DNA of 64,000 nt from Myxococcota bacterium (GTDB lineage: Bacteria; Myxococcota_A; UBA9160; JAFDDA01): assembly GCA_965228475.1 (NCBI GenBank), contig OZ245817.1, forward strand, positions 788,209-852,208. Reading direction: 5' to 3'. Each line of letters starts with the position of its first letter. Position 1 is the first letter of the stretch. The notes under the pieces are model-generated. The model worked only from the letters and a program-made list of their open reading frames with translations, was not told where the DNA came from and made no database searches. Positions 1-9,368 of this stretch are shown here, piece after piece. Position numbers and translations under genes: made by a program.

Positions 1-2
1 GG

Positions 3-503
3 TCGTCCTTCTCCCGCCCGATCGGAGGCATCGAACTCGAAGCCAGCGGCGATCTCCTGTTCATCAATCGGTACGTGTTCGGGCCCAACGAGATCCGTCG
101 CTTCGATCTGCAGGGCGGAGGGTCATCGACCCTGCTCGAGACGCTTCCGGCCGGGCACGCCGGCGGCATCATCGTCGAGCCGGACGGCTCCTGGTTGGCT
201 GCGAGCGAAGGGGGTCTGTACCGGTTCGCGAACGGGGTGGGGCCGGCGATTCTGCTGCGCTCGACGGCGCAAGATCTCGAGCTCTTCCAGGTCGAGCTGC
301 CCAGCGGAGCGACCGGCCCCCCGGCGTGCGCCAACGGTCTCGACGACGACGGCGACGGCCTGGTGGACCTTGGTGACCCCCACTGCGCCGATGCGAGCGA
401 CGGGACCGAGGGGCCGACGGCCTGCGGTCTCGGGACTGAGATCGCCTTCCTGCTCCCGTTGCTCCGCCGGCTCCGCCGGCGGTGCCGTGCGGCCCGGGCC
501 TAG
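3..503 (+). CDS. 3' fragment of a secreted protein (5' end outside the window); Asp/Cys-rich CxNGxDDDGDGxxDxxDPxC motif and a Cys-containing hydrophobic/Arg-rich C-terminal tail
   Basis: The frame is open from nt 3 to TAG 501-503. The C-terminus reads ...CANGLDDDGDGLVDLGDPHCAD...GPTACGLGTEIAFLLPLLRRLRRR, which is a motif, hydrophobic helix and Arg cluster arranged like a C-terminal sorting signal. Confidence 0.55.
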   Translation, partial: SSFSRPIGGIELEASGDLLFINRYVFGPNEIRRFDLQGGGSSTLLETLPAGHAGGIIVEPDGSWLAASEGGLYRFANGVGPAILLRSTAQDLELFQVELPSGATGPPACANGLDDDGDGLVDLGDPHCADASDGTEGPTACGLGTEIAFLLPLLRRLRRRCRAARA

Positions 504-3058
504 GGCCGCAGCGGCGTTCCGCCGATGAGCGGGTCGCAGGGCTCGGTGCCTTCGAAGAGCTCGAAGGGCGCGAAGCCGCCCGCCGTGGCGTTGCCGTCGC
601 ACAGGCCGTCGCAGGTGTCGACGATCTCGCCGGTCTCGAACCAGGTCGTGATCTGGCTCGCGGCCGCGCCGGTGCGGAAGCTCCGGCCGTGGGGGTCGCA
701 GCCGGAGGTGGCGTCCTGGTTGCTGAGCGGCGGCACGAAGGGCAGGTCGTCCGGGTTCTCGAGGTCGTACATGCCGAGGTCGTGCCAGACCGCCGCGCCC
801 TTGAACTTGCCGGCGTCCGCCGATAGCGGGCCGGGGACGTCGGGGACGCCGAGCCGGCCCGAGACGGCCGAGCCGCTCGGCCCGGCGGCGTCGTGCAGGT
901 TCGGCAGGCCGAGGGTGCGCGCCATGATGTCGGTCGCGACGTTCGGCACGATGCCGTCGAAGCGCGCGACGGTCATCAGCATGTCCTTGGCCTTGCCGCT
1001 CCCGGGCAGCGGGTCCTCGGTCACGTGGCGCAGGTAGCCGGCCGGCTCGCCGCTGTCCCAGAGCTCTTCGGCGAGCCCGAAGAAGAGGGCCTGGGCCATG
1101 GGGTCCGGGTTCAGCAGGCCGAGCGCGATCGAGATCAGGCCGATGGCCGCCGAGCGCTGGATCATGATGCTGAAGTTGCTGCCCGGGACGTCCGCGCCCA
1201 CGCGGCCGAGATCCGGCGAGAGCGCCGCGAGCTGGGTCCCCATGACGCCGCCGAGGCTCACGCCGAAGTAGTCGACGTTCTTCGTCCCGGTCGGGAAGAC
1301 GCCTTCACCGTCGGGCGTCTGGAAGGCGGGGTGAGCGTTGAAGCGGCCCTCCTTCATCATGCGGCCGAGCACGAGGGCGTTCGTCATGCCCTGGCGCAGG
1401 CGGTCCGGCAGGGCGCCGAAGTTGTTCGCGTCGAACAGCACGCCCTGGAGGATGAAGCTCGGCTGGAAGAGGTTCGAGAAGTCGAGGTCGAAGCTCGAGA
1501 GCCCGAGCCAGTCCGTCGCCCCGGCGATGCGGATGAAGTCCGGCAAGCCGTAGTCGTTCTGCACGTTGCCGAGTGCGCCGGCGAGCCCGACGGCCTGGCG
1601 CGCGTTCCCGAACAGGCCCGGCCCGTGCTGGATCGGCGCGATCTTCTCTTCCCCGGCGGTGAGGACCTCGCAGGGCAGGTTGATCGAGAAGTTCGCGTTC
1701 ATGAGGCCCTGGGCCTCGGGCAGGCCGTCGCCGTCGGCGTCGACGAGGCGGCCGCCGGTGACCGGGTCGAGCAGCGGGTCCGAGTCGAGGAAGAGTGGCG
1801 AGGCGAACTGGCCGCGGAGCTGCCGCCAGTGCCGCGTGCCCGGCACGCTGCAATCGTTCTGGATCGAGAAGTCGCCCGCCAGGTCGTCGCCCGGGCCCGC
1901 GAAGGGGTAGACGTGGAAGGTCGGATCGGTCTCGGCGGCGAGCCAGGCGTAGGCGTGGTCGCGCATGGCGAGCATCTCGCGCGTCAGGCCCTCGTCGCTC
2001 TGAACGACGAAGTCGAAGGCGAGCACGAGCTCGCTGCGCACGACGCCGATCTTCTCGAGCTTGCGCAGCACCCAATCCGTGTGCTCCCGGCGTGCCTCGA
2101 CGCCGGCGATGTCGCTCGGGCGTCCGTCGCGCAGGGCCGCGAAGACGGGCTCCGCCGCGATGTCCTCGCCGGCCAGATTCTTGAGCCCGCGCATCGCGAC
2201 CAGGTAGCGGTGCCCGGGGCGCAGACCCTCGGCGGGGCGCAGGAAGAGGACGGCGCGGTCGGGCTGGCCCGCGGCGAGCGCGCGGCCGTCCATCTCGATG
2301 AAGTGCGGAACGGGAACCATGCCCGAGTCGACGTCGATCAGGAGCGTCGGGCTGTCGGGCTGGAGGGAGGTGTCGTCGAAGGTGCGGGTGTCCGCGCGCA
2401 GGTGCGACGCGCCCGAGAGCACCGGGTCGACGCCGCCCGGGAAGTGCATGAGGACCTGGGCGGCGGGGCTGAAGCCGTCCTGCCCGCCGAAGGGCGCGCT
2501 CTGGAGCGAGGCGCCTGAGAGGATGGGAAGTACGCCTTCCGGGTACGCGACCTCGAAGCCGGTCGGCGTCGCCGCGGGGGTGAGGTAACGGGAAGAGGGG
2601 AAGGGGAGCAGGCAGTCGGCGCCGTTCAGGAGCTCGCAGTCGTCCGGGCGGTCGAGGCCGCGGCGCTCGAACCAGTTCTCGGACTCGAGCGTGACGAGCA
2701 TGCCGGCCATGTCGAAGACCGCGCGCGCCGAGAGCGCGAAGCGGCCTTCGCCGAGTCCGGCGAGCTCCCCGCGCGCCACGCCGTCCTCGACGGTGAAGTC
2801 CGCGAGGCCGAGGCTCGGCGCGCCGTCCACGGCGAGCTCGAGCTCCACCAGCTCGCCGATCGGCGGAAGCCGGAGGGCCACGGCGCTCGGGCCCGAGGCC
2901 CCGGTGAGCAGTCCGGGCTTCGGCTCGAGGAAGGGGAGACCGGTTTCGACGGAGCAGGAGCTTCCGAGGAAGAGGATCGAGAGCAGGGTGGCGGTGCGGC
3001 GGAACACGGAACCTCCGAGGGGATGCAGCCCGGGGCCTCCGGGGTGAAACAGGGACAA
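500..3058 (-). CDS. Large lipoprotein, putative alpha/beta-fold serine hydrolase (paralog A)
   Basis: 852-aa ORF. The signal peptide has a lipobox (LFLGSSC). It carries a GxSxG motif (YFGVSLGGVMG) and a conserved C-terminal DPHG. It aligns collinearly with the divergent gene at 3259-5820. Confidence 0.75.
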   Translation of the reverse strand: MSLFHPGGPGLHPLGGSVFRRTATLLSILFLGSSCSVETGLPFLEPKPGLLTGASGPSAVALRLPPIGELVELELAVDGAPSLGLADFTVEDGVARGELAGLGEGRFALSARAVFDMAGMLVTLESENWFERRGLDRPDDCELLNGADCLLPFPSSRYLTPAATPTGFEVAYPEGVLPILSGASLQSAPFGGQDGFSPAAQVLMHFPGGVDPVLSGASHLRADTRTFDDTSLQPDSPTLLIDVDSGMVPVPHFIEMDGRALAAGQPDRAVLFLRPAEGLRPGHRYLVAMRGLKNLAGEDIAAEPVFAALRDGRPSDIAGVEARREHTDWVLRKLEKIGVVRSELVLAFDFVVQSDEGLTREMLAMRDHAYAWLAAETDPTFHVYPFAGPGDDLAGDFSIQNDCSVPGTRHWRQLRGQFASPLFLDSDPLLDPVTGGRLVDADGDGLPEAQGLMNANFSINLPCEVLTAGEEKIAPIQHGPGLFGNARQAVGLAGALGNVQNDYGLPDFIRIAGATDWLGLSSFDLDFSNLFQPSFILQGVLFDANNFGALPDRLRQGMTNALVLGRMMKEGRFNAHPAFQTPDGEGVFPTGTKNVDYFGVSLGGVMGTQLAALSPDLGRVGADVPGSNFSIMIQRSAAIGLISIALGLLNPDPMAQALFFGLAEELWDSGEPAGYLRHVTEDPLPGSGKAKDMLMTVARFDGIVPNVATDIMARTLGLPNLHDAAGPSGSAVSGRLGVPDVPGPLSADAGKFKGAAVWHDLGMYDLENPDDLPFVPPLSNQDATSGCDPHGRSFRTGAAASQITTWFETGEIVDTCDGLCDGNATAGGFAPFELFEGTEPCDPLIGGTPLRP

Positions 3059-3258
3059 GGCCGGCGAGCAGCTTGGCCGAATCGGCGACTGACCGCCAGT
3101 TCAAAGAAGACCCTGACCGAGGCGGGCCCCGTGGCGCTCCTGGGCGAGGGGAATGCCCCGCTTTGCCTTACTTTTCCCTTCCATTTCAGGGATTTGACGG
3201 CGTATCCTGGCCGGTCGCCAAACGCCCGGTCAACGCCCGACCGAACCTGGAGTTCCCG

Positions 3259-5820
3259 ATGCGCCGTACCTGCACCCTCTTCTTCGCCGTCTCCGCCGCC
3301 GCCTTCCTGAGTGGCTGCGAGCCCGATGGGGACCTCTCGGTCTTCTCCTTCAGCAAGCCCGAGGAAGGCCAGCTCTCCCTCGCCGGGGACGTCGCCACCC
3401 ACGTCGTCTTCCCGGCCGGCGTCGACCGCTCGAGCCTCCGCGTCACCCTCGACGGCGAGGACGTGACCGAGCTCTACGAGACCTCCGTGGCGGACGTGAC
3501 CGTCGGCCCGGGAGAGCACCAGCTCGTCGCGACGCTCCAGGTAGGAGACCAGCTTCTCACCGCCACGCGCAACTTCGAAGCGATCCTCGTGACGAAGCCC
3601 GGCGCCTGCGACGGCCTGACCGACGCCGAGTGCTACGCGCTGAACGCCCAGATCGGGGCCGAGTGCGATCTGTTCAACACGGCCGAGTGCCTGCTCCCGT
3701 ACCCGTCGGCGAAGTTCCTCGAGCCCGGCCCGACGCCGACCGGACTCACCGCGGCGATCCCGCAGATCGGCATCCCGCGCGTCAACGGCCCGATCCAGGT
3801 GCCCGCCTCCCTGGCCGACGGGATCGACGGCTTCAGCCCGACGGTCCAGATGCTGATGCATTTCCCGCAGGGCGTGGACGTCGTGGCGTCGGGCCTCTCG
3901 CGGCTGCTGCCGCCGTGCCTCGGGCTGGTCGGCGAAGACCCGGAGTGCGTCGCCGCGACGGGCCCGCCCTGGGACGGCAGCGTCCGCACCCACGACGCGC
4001 GGTCCCTCGACGCCGACCACCCGACCGTGCTCATGACCTGGAACGGCGAACGCGTCCTCCACTGGACGGAGAACGACATCGCGCCGCAGGAGTCTGGCCG
4101 CCAGGCCTTCCTTCTGCACCCCGCCGAGAGCCTCGAGCCCGGCGGGCGCTACATCGTGGCGGTGCGCAACCTGATCTCGCCCGACGGCCCCGCCGTCGAA
4201 GCGGAGCCCGTCTTCGCCGCCGTGCGCGACGGCCGCCCGACGGACATCCCCCAGCTCCTCGAGCGCCAGCAGAAGAACGAGCACATGTTCAAAAAGCTCG
4301 AGCAGGCCGGCGTCGCGCGCGAGGATCTGATCCTGGCCTTCGAGTTCACCGTGCAGTCGAGCGAGGGGCTGACCCGCCAGATGCTCTCGATGCGCGATCA
4401 GGGCATGCAGTGGCTGGCGGACCAGACCCAGCAGAACTTCACCGTCACCGACGACGGCCGGGCGGACGAGAACGACTGCTCGAACCCGGAGGAGAACATC
4501 TGGCGCGTCGTCGAGGGCCAGTTCAGCGCGCCGCTCTTCCTCGAGTTCCCGCCGAACCAGACCACCGTCGGCGAGCACACCGTCGATGCCGACGACCTCC
4601 CCGTGCAGAACGGCACCTGGGACGAGGCGCCCTTCCACGTCTCGCTTCCCTGCCTGCTCCATCCCGAGTACGGGGACCCCGCCGCCGCGGTGCACACGAT
4701 CCTGCTCGGCCACGGCATCTTCGGCCGGGGCGAGGGCATGGTGCGCGGCGTCGCGCCGGGCGCGGCGGACCTGATGGACTTCTGGCGCGATCCGCCGGCG
4801 CCGCTCGTGGCGCGCGACACGCGGGAGTGGAACTACGTCGCCGGCGCGACGGACTGGAGCGGCTGGAGCAGCCCCGACTTCGTCTGGGTGGGCGGCGCGA
4901 TCATCGGCCTGTTCACGAGCAACCTGCACCAGTTCCCGGCCTTCCCGGACCGCCATCGCCAGGGCCAGCTGAACACGCTGATCCTCTCGCGCATGATGAA
5001 CGAGGGCCTCTTCAACCAGGACCCGGCCTTCCAGGATTCCGAGGGCAACGGGCTGCTGCCGGTGCCGAAGGACGACCCGGACTCCGGCCACTACTACTAC
5101 GGGATCAGCATGGGCGGCGTGCAGGGCCTCTTCCACGCCGCGATCTCCCAGGACATCGAGAAGTTCGGGATCGACGTCGGCTCGATGAACTTCTCCTTCC
5201 TGCTGCCGCGCTCGACCCAGTTCAACACCGTGAACCCGAACGACATCGACTTCCGCACGCTGCTCGGGAACGTCGGCCTCTCGGACGATCTCGACGTGGC
5301 GATCGGCGTCGCCCTCCTGCACGAGCTCTGGGTCTCGGCGGATCCGGCCGGCTACATGACGCGCACCGTCGGCAGTGACCTCCTGCCGGGCAACAACTTC
5401 CCGAAGAAGATCTACATGTCGCCGGCCTGGCTCGACTACCAGGTCTCGAACCACGGCACGGAGATCACGTCGCGGACGCTCGGGCTCTCGAGCGGGCCGG
5501 GCTCGGTCCAGAAGGGCCTCGTCGGGATTCCCGACGTGCCGGACGACGGGCAGGGGCTCGACTCGGCCCTCGTCATGTGGGACACGGGCCTCCACGACAT
5601 CCTCGATCCGAACACCCTCGACGAGTACCCGCCCCTCGCGCCGCAGGTCGTCCAGGACCCGAACGGGGATCCCCACGGTGCGCGGCCCTTCATCCCGGCG
5701 ACCCTCCAGACGCTGATGACCTTCCTGCAGCCGGGCGGGCAGATCGAGAACTTCTGCGACGACGACGGCATCTGCGATGCCTCGCAGGCCTGGGAGTGCG
5801 GCGGAGGGAATTGCCCCTGA
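3259..5820 (+). CDS. Large lipoprotein, putative alpha/beta-fold serine hydrolase (paralog B)
   Basis: I chose the internal ATG at 3259 (MRRTCTLFFAVSAAAFLSGC lipobox), which has GGAG 6 nt upstream. It carries GxSxG (YYGISMGGVQG). Blocks shared with paralog A include CLLPYPSAKFL, DGFSPTVQMLMHFPQGVD and AEPVFAAVRDGRP...LILAFEFTVQSSEGLTRQMLSMRD. Confidence 0.75.
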   Translation: MRRTCTLFFAVSAAAFLSGCEPDGDLSVFSFSKPEEGQLSLAGDVATHVVFPAGVDRSSLRVTLDGEDVTELYETSVADVTVGPGEHQLVATLQVGDQLLTATRNFEAILVTKPGACDGLTDAECYALNAQIGAECDLFNTAECLLPYPSAKFLEPGPTPTGLTAAIPQIGIPRVNGPIQVPASLADGIDGFSPTVQMLMHFPQGVDVVASGLSRLLPPCLGLVGEDPECVAATGPPWDGSVRTHDARSLDADHPTVLMTWNGERVLHWTENDIAPQESGRQAFLLHPAESLEPGGRYIVAVRNLISPDGPAVEAEPVFAAVRDGRPTDIPQLLERQQKNEHMFKKLEQAGVAREDLILAFEFTVQSSEGLTRQMLSMRDQGMQWLADQTQQNFTVTDDGRADENDCSNPEENIWRVVEGQFSAPLFLEFPPNQTTVGEHTVDADDLPVQNGTWDEAPFHVSLPCLLHPEYGDPAAAVHTILLGHGIFGRGEGMVRGVAPGAADLMDFWRDPPAPLVARDTREWNYVAGATDWSGWSSPDFVWVGGAIIGLFTSNLHQFPAFPDRHRQGQLNTLILSRMMNEGLFNQDPAFQDSEGNGLLPVPKDDPDSGHYYYGISMGGVQGLFHAAISQDIEKFGIDVGSMNFSFLLPRSTQFNTVNPNDIDFRTLLGNVGLSDDLDVAIGVALLHELWVSADPAGYMTRTVGSDLLPGNNFPKKIYMSPAWLDYQVSNHGTEITSRTLGLSSGPGSVQKGLVGIPDVPDDGQGLDSALVMWDTGLHDILDPNTLDEYPPLAPQVVQDPNGDPHGARPFIPATLQTLMTFLQPGGQIENFCDDDGICDASQAWECGGGNCP

Positions 5821-5894
5821 CCGAGGCGCCCGCGTCGGGCGCGGCGAGACCGCTCGGGGCACTGCGACGGAACGCCTCGCAATGCCGACATCGC

Positions 5895-5945
5895 GAAACC
5901 CCGGTTCGGGCCGGCGAAAGCCCTCCGAAGCGGGGTTTTGCTTTT
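5895..5945 (+). terminator. Putative Rho-independent terminator after paralog B
   Basis: The stem GAAACCCCG...CGGGGTTT encloses an inner GGGC/GCCC hairpin and is followed by TTTTGCTTTTG. Confidence 0.45.
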
Positions 5946-6030
5946 GAAACCCGGCCCATGGCGGCTATTCTCCCAACTCCCCGAGCCCTGCCGCGCCGCG
6001 CGGGCTCGAGTGCAAATCGGAGAACGTGTC

Positions 6031-7752
6031 TTGGTCGAGGTATTCCGACACGACGTCGTGATCGTCGGCGGTGGAGCCGCGGGTCTGCGAGCCGCCATCG
6101 AGGTGGTGGAGCAGGATCCGAACGCCACCGTCGCCATGGTCTCGAAGGTCTATCCCATGCGAAGCCACACCGTTTCGGCGGAGGGGGGTTCCGCGGCCGT
6201 CGCGCGCGAGGACGACAGCCTCGAGATGCACGGCTACGACACGGTGAAGGGCTCGGACTTCCTGGGCGACCAGGACGTGATCCAGGCCTTCGTCGAGGAA
6301 GCGCCGAAGGAGCTGACGCGCCTCGAGCATTGGGGCTGCCCCTGGAGCCGCAACGAAGACGGCACCGTGGCCACGCGCGCCTTCGGCGGCATGACCACCA
6401 AGCGCACGTGGTACGCCGCCGACAAGGTCGGCTTCCACATGCTGCACACGCTCTTCCAGACATCGATGAAGTACGACCGCATCGTCCGCTACGACGAGCG
6501 CTTCATGACGAAGCTCCTCGTCGAGGACGGCCGCTGCCAGGGCGTCGTGGCGATGGACATCCGCACGGGCGCGATGGAGGTCTACCTCGGCCGCGCCGTG
6601 ATCCTCGCGACGGGCGGCGCCGGCAAGATCTTCCCGTTCACCACGAACGGCAACATCAAGACGGGCGACGGCATGGCCGCGGCGTACCGCGCCGGCGTGC
6701 CGTTGAAGGACATGGAGTTCGTCCAGTACCACCCGACCGGGCTGCCGGGAACGGGCATCCTGATCACCGAGGCCACGCGAGGCGAGGGCGGTCACGTCAA
6801 GAACAAGGATGGCGAGCGCTTCCTCGTGACGCGCGACTACGGCGTCGGCACCAAGGCCGAGCTCGGCCCGCGCGACATGATCTCGCGCGCGATCGTGCAG
6901 GAGATCGAGGCGGGCCGCGGCTTCGAGGGGCCCTACGGCGAGTTCGTCCACCTCGACCTCACGCATCTGGGCGAAGCGAAGCTGAAGGAGCGCCTGCCCT
7001 TCGTGCTCGAGCTCGGGCGCACCTACGCCAACGTCGACCCGGTCACCGAGAGCATCCCGATCCGCCCGGTGGTCCATTACATGATGGGCGGCGTCGACAC
7101 GAACATCGACGGCGCGACCGACGTCCCCGGCCTCTACGCCGCGGGCGAGGTCGCCTGCGTCTCGCTCAACGGCGCGAACCGGCTCGGCTCGAACTCGCTG
7201 TCCGAGTGCGTGGTCTTCGGCGCGCGCTCCGCGCGCAAGGCCCTCGAGTACGCCAAGGGCGTGGGCGACGCCGACGAGGCCCGCCTGCGCAAGGAAGGCT
7301 TCGAAGAGGGCGATCGGCTCGAGAAGCTGCGCGGCAAGTCCGGCGGCGAGAAGATCTCGGCCGTCCGGCGCGATCTCAACACCGCCATGGAGAAGGGCTT
7401 CGGCGTCTACCGCGAAGAGTCCACGCTCCAGCAGGGCGTCGCGGACGTCGCGGCGGTGAAGGCGCGGCTCGCGGACCTGTCCCTCGAGGACACGAGCACG
7501 GTCTTCAACACCGAGATCATCGCGGCGCTCGAGCTCGTGAACATGGTCGACTGCGCCGAGAGCCTCGCGGCGGCGGCGGCGGTGCGGAAGGAATCCCGCG
7601 GCGCCCACACCCGCAAGGACTACAAGGAGCGCGACGACGCGCACCACCTGCATCACTCGATGGTCTACTGGGACCCGAACGGCGGCGCGCCGCGCGTGGA
7701 CAAGAGTGACGTCACGCTGGGCCACTGGGAGCCCGAGGAGCGGAAGTACTAG
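6031..7752 (+). CDS. frdA: Fumarate reductase flavoprotein subunit
   Basis: Similar to E. coli FrdA along its whole length (VVIVGGGAAGLRAA, covalent-FAD His in YPMRSHTVSAEGG, HPTGLPGTGILITE, ESRGAH). I chose the TTG start at 6031, which has GGAGA 8 nt upstream. The ORF frame opens at 5938, so the start is uncertain. Confidence 0.9.
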   Translation: MVEVFRHDVVIVGGGAAGLRAAIEVVEQDPNATVAMVSKVYPMRSHTVSAEGGSAAVAREDDSLEMHGYDTVKGSDFLGDQDVIQAFVEEAPKELTRLEHWGCPWSRNEDGTVATRAFGGMTTKRTWYAADKVGFHMLHTLFQTSMKYDRIVRYDERFMTKLLVEDGRCQGVVAMDIRTGAMEVYLGRAVILATGGAGKIFPFTTNGNIKTGDGMAAAYRAGVPLKDMEFVQYHPTGLPGTGILITEATRGEGGHVKNKDGERFLVTRDYGVGTKAELGPRDMISRAIVQEIEAGRGFEGPYGEFVHLDLTHLGEAKLKERLPFVLELGRTYANVDPVTESIPIRPVVHYMMGGVDTNIDGATDVPGLYAAGEVACVSLNGANRLGSNSLSECVVFGARSARKALEYAKGVGDADEARLRKEGFEEGDRLEKLRGKSGGEKISAVRRDLNTAMEKGFGVYREESTLQQGVADVAAVKARLADLSLEDTSTVFNTEIIAALELVNMVDCAESLAAAAAVRKESRGAHTRKDYKERDDAHHLHHSMVYWDPNGGAPRVDKSDVTLGHWEPEERKY

Positions 7753-7754
7753 GC

Positions 7755-8513
7755 ATGGCCGGCAACACGAAGACCTTCGTCGTCACGCGTTTCGATCCGG
7801 ACAAGGACGAGGTCCCGAAGACCCAGAGCTACGAGGTGCCGTGCGAGGCGGACTGGAAGGTCCTCGACGCCCTCAACTACATCAAGGACGAGATCGATCC
7901 GTCGCTCTCCCACCGCTGGAGCTGCCGCATGGCGGTCTGCGGAAGCTGCGGGATGAACGTGAACGGCGAGCCCAAGCTCACCTGCAAGTCGCGGCTGTCG
8001 GACTACGGCGACACGGTCGAGGTCGAGCCGCTCTCGAACTTCCCGGTCGTGCGCGATCTCGTGGTCGAGATGGACGGCTTCATGGAGAAGTTCCAGGACA
8101 TGAAGCCCTGGATCCTGCGCGCCAAGGAGCTGGCCGTCGAAGAGGGCACGACGCGGCAGTCGCCCGAGGAGCTCTCGCACTTCAAGCAGTTCAGCATGTG
8201 CATCAACTGCATGCTCTGCTACGCGGCCTGTCCGGTCGTCGGCAAGGAGCCGGGCTTCGCCGGCCCCGCCGCCATCGCGCTCGCCCACCGCTACAACCTC
8301 GACACCCGCGACGAAGGCCAGCCCGAGCGGCTCGAGGCCCTGCGCGAGGGCGAGGTCTACAACTGCTCCTACGCGAACGAGTGCAGCGAGGTCTGCCCGA
8401 AGGGGGTCGACCCCTCGGCGGCGGTCCAGCAGTCGAAGCTCTTCTCGACGCTCGATTGGGTGACCGGCCTCGTGCTTCCGAAACCCGGCTCCGACGAGAA
8501 GGACGAAGCCTAG
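7755..8513 (+). CDS. frdB: Fumarate reductase iron-sulfur subunit
   Basis: Three Cys clusters are present: CRMAVCGSCGMNVNG, CINCMLCYAACP and CSYANECSEVCP. It starts 3 nt after the frdA stop. Confidence 0.9.
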   Translation: MAGNTKTFVVTRFDPDKDEVPKTQSYEVPCEADWKVLDALNYIKDEIDPSLSHRWSCRMAVCGSCGMNVNGEPKLTCKSRLSDYGDTVEVEPLSNFPVVRDLVVEMDGFMEKFQDMKPWILRAKELAVEEGTTRQSPEELSHFKQFSMCINCMLCYAACPVVGKEPGFAGPAAIALAHRYNLDTRDEGQPERLEALREGEVYNCSYANECSEVCPKGVDPSAAVQQSKLFSTLDWVTGLVLPKPGSDEKDEA

Positions 8514-8515
8514 CC

Positions 8516-8962
8516 ATGGCCATTCCCGCACATCCCGACGCGATGAAGCCCCGCGAGCGGGCGCGCACGCGCACCGCCTCGCCCATGATGGCCGGCAACT
8601 GGTGGACGAAGAACCCGCGCTACGTCGCCTACGTCGCGTACGCCTTCGCCGGCGTCTTCTTCTGGCTCCAGGCGATGATCCTGATCCGCGCGCTCTGGGC
8701 CCTCGGAACGGGGGAGGGCGCCTGGAACGCCTTCCTCGACGACCTGCGCAACCCGATCTACATCGGCTTCCACGTCGTCTCGTTCGCGGTGATGGTCTGG
8801 TACGGCGCGCGCACGTACTTCAAGCTCTTCGTGAAGACCCAGCCGCCCATGATCGGGCCGCTGCCGCGCCCGCCGGTCGCCATCTTCCCGCCGCTCCTCG
8901 CGGCCGTCTGGATCGGCGCCAGCGCCGCGCTGCTGGTCGTCCTCGGAGGAATCTGGCCGTGA
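8516..8962 (+). CDS. frdC: Fumarate reductase membrane anchor subunit C
   Basis: NWWTKNPRYVAY...GEGAWNAFLDDLRNPI parallels E. coli FrdC (WWKKLPFYRFY...GPEAWAGFVDFLQNPV). The start could instead be a downstream Met. Confidence 0.75.
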   Translation: MAIPAHPDAMKPRERARTRTASPMMAGNWWTKNPRYVAYVAYAFAGVFFWLQAMILIRALWALGTGEGAWNAFLDDLRNPIYIGFHVVSFAVMVWYGARTYFKLFVKTQPPMIGPLPRPPVAIFPPLLAAVWIGASAALLVVLGGIWP

Positions 8963-9342
8963 GCCACTCGCCGCTCAAGCGCTTCATGAACGCGATCGAG
9001 CCCCTGATCTGGGGCCCCTTCGTGACCGGCAACTTCCTGACGCCCCTGGTCTTCCCGGCCATCATCCTGGCCTTCGGGATCGCCTACCCGCTCGGCTGGA
9101 TCCCCGCCGAGGCGCTCTCCTACGAGCGCGCCTTCGCCCTGGCGAGCAACCCGCTCGTGGTGATCGGCGTGCTGGTGATCATCCCGCTCGCCCTGCTCGC
9201 CGGCTCGCACCACCTGCGCTTCGGCCTGATCGACATCGGCAGCGCCGAGGCCGACGGCCCCCGGGCCCTGGTGCTCTACGGCCTGTGGCAGCTCGGAGCC
9301 ATCGTCACCGCCGCTGCGGTGGTTCGGATCCTGTTCGACTAG
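8959..9342 (+). CDS. frdD: Fumarate reductase membrane anchor subunit D
   Basis: The GTG start overlaps the frdC stop (GTGA) and has GGAGGA upstream. EPLIWGPF...PLGWIPAEALSYERA parallels E. coli FrdD (EPVFWGLF...PLGLFPGDALSYERV). Confidence 0.75.
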   Translation: MSHSPLKRFMNAIEPLIWGPFVTGNFLTPLVFPAIILAFGIAYPLGWIPAEALSYERAFALASNPLVVIGVLVIIPLALLAGSHHLRFGLIDIGSAEADGPRALVLYGLWQLGAIVTAAAVVRILFD

Positions 9343-9368
9343 TGCGAACCGCGGGCTAGCCTTCGCTC

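Noticed and set aside
2626-5862. 1078-aa ORF on the minus strand opposite lipoprotein paralog B
   Set aside because: Its composition (Arg/Ala/Gly/Pro-rich, low complexity) is typical of GC-driven shadow frames. The plus-strand gene has a lipobox, an SD, a GxSxG motif and a paralog. The same reasoning applies to other long antisense ORFs such as 893-2518, 5965-7725, 49866-51797 and 55873-59967.
5938-6030. 31-codon N-terminal extension of frdA implied by the ORF track
   Set aside because: The extension is absent from E. coli FrdA. A TTG at 6031 with GGAGA 8 nt upstream gives the canonical distance to the GxGxxG FAD motif.
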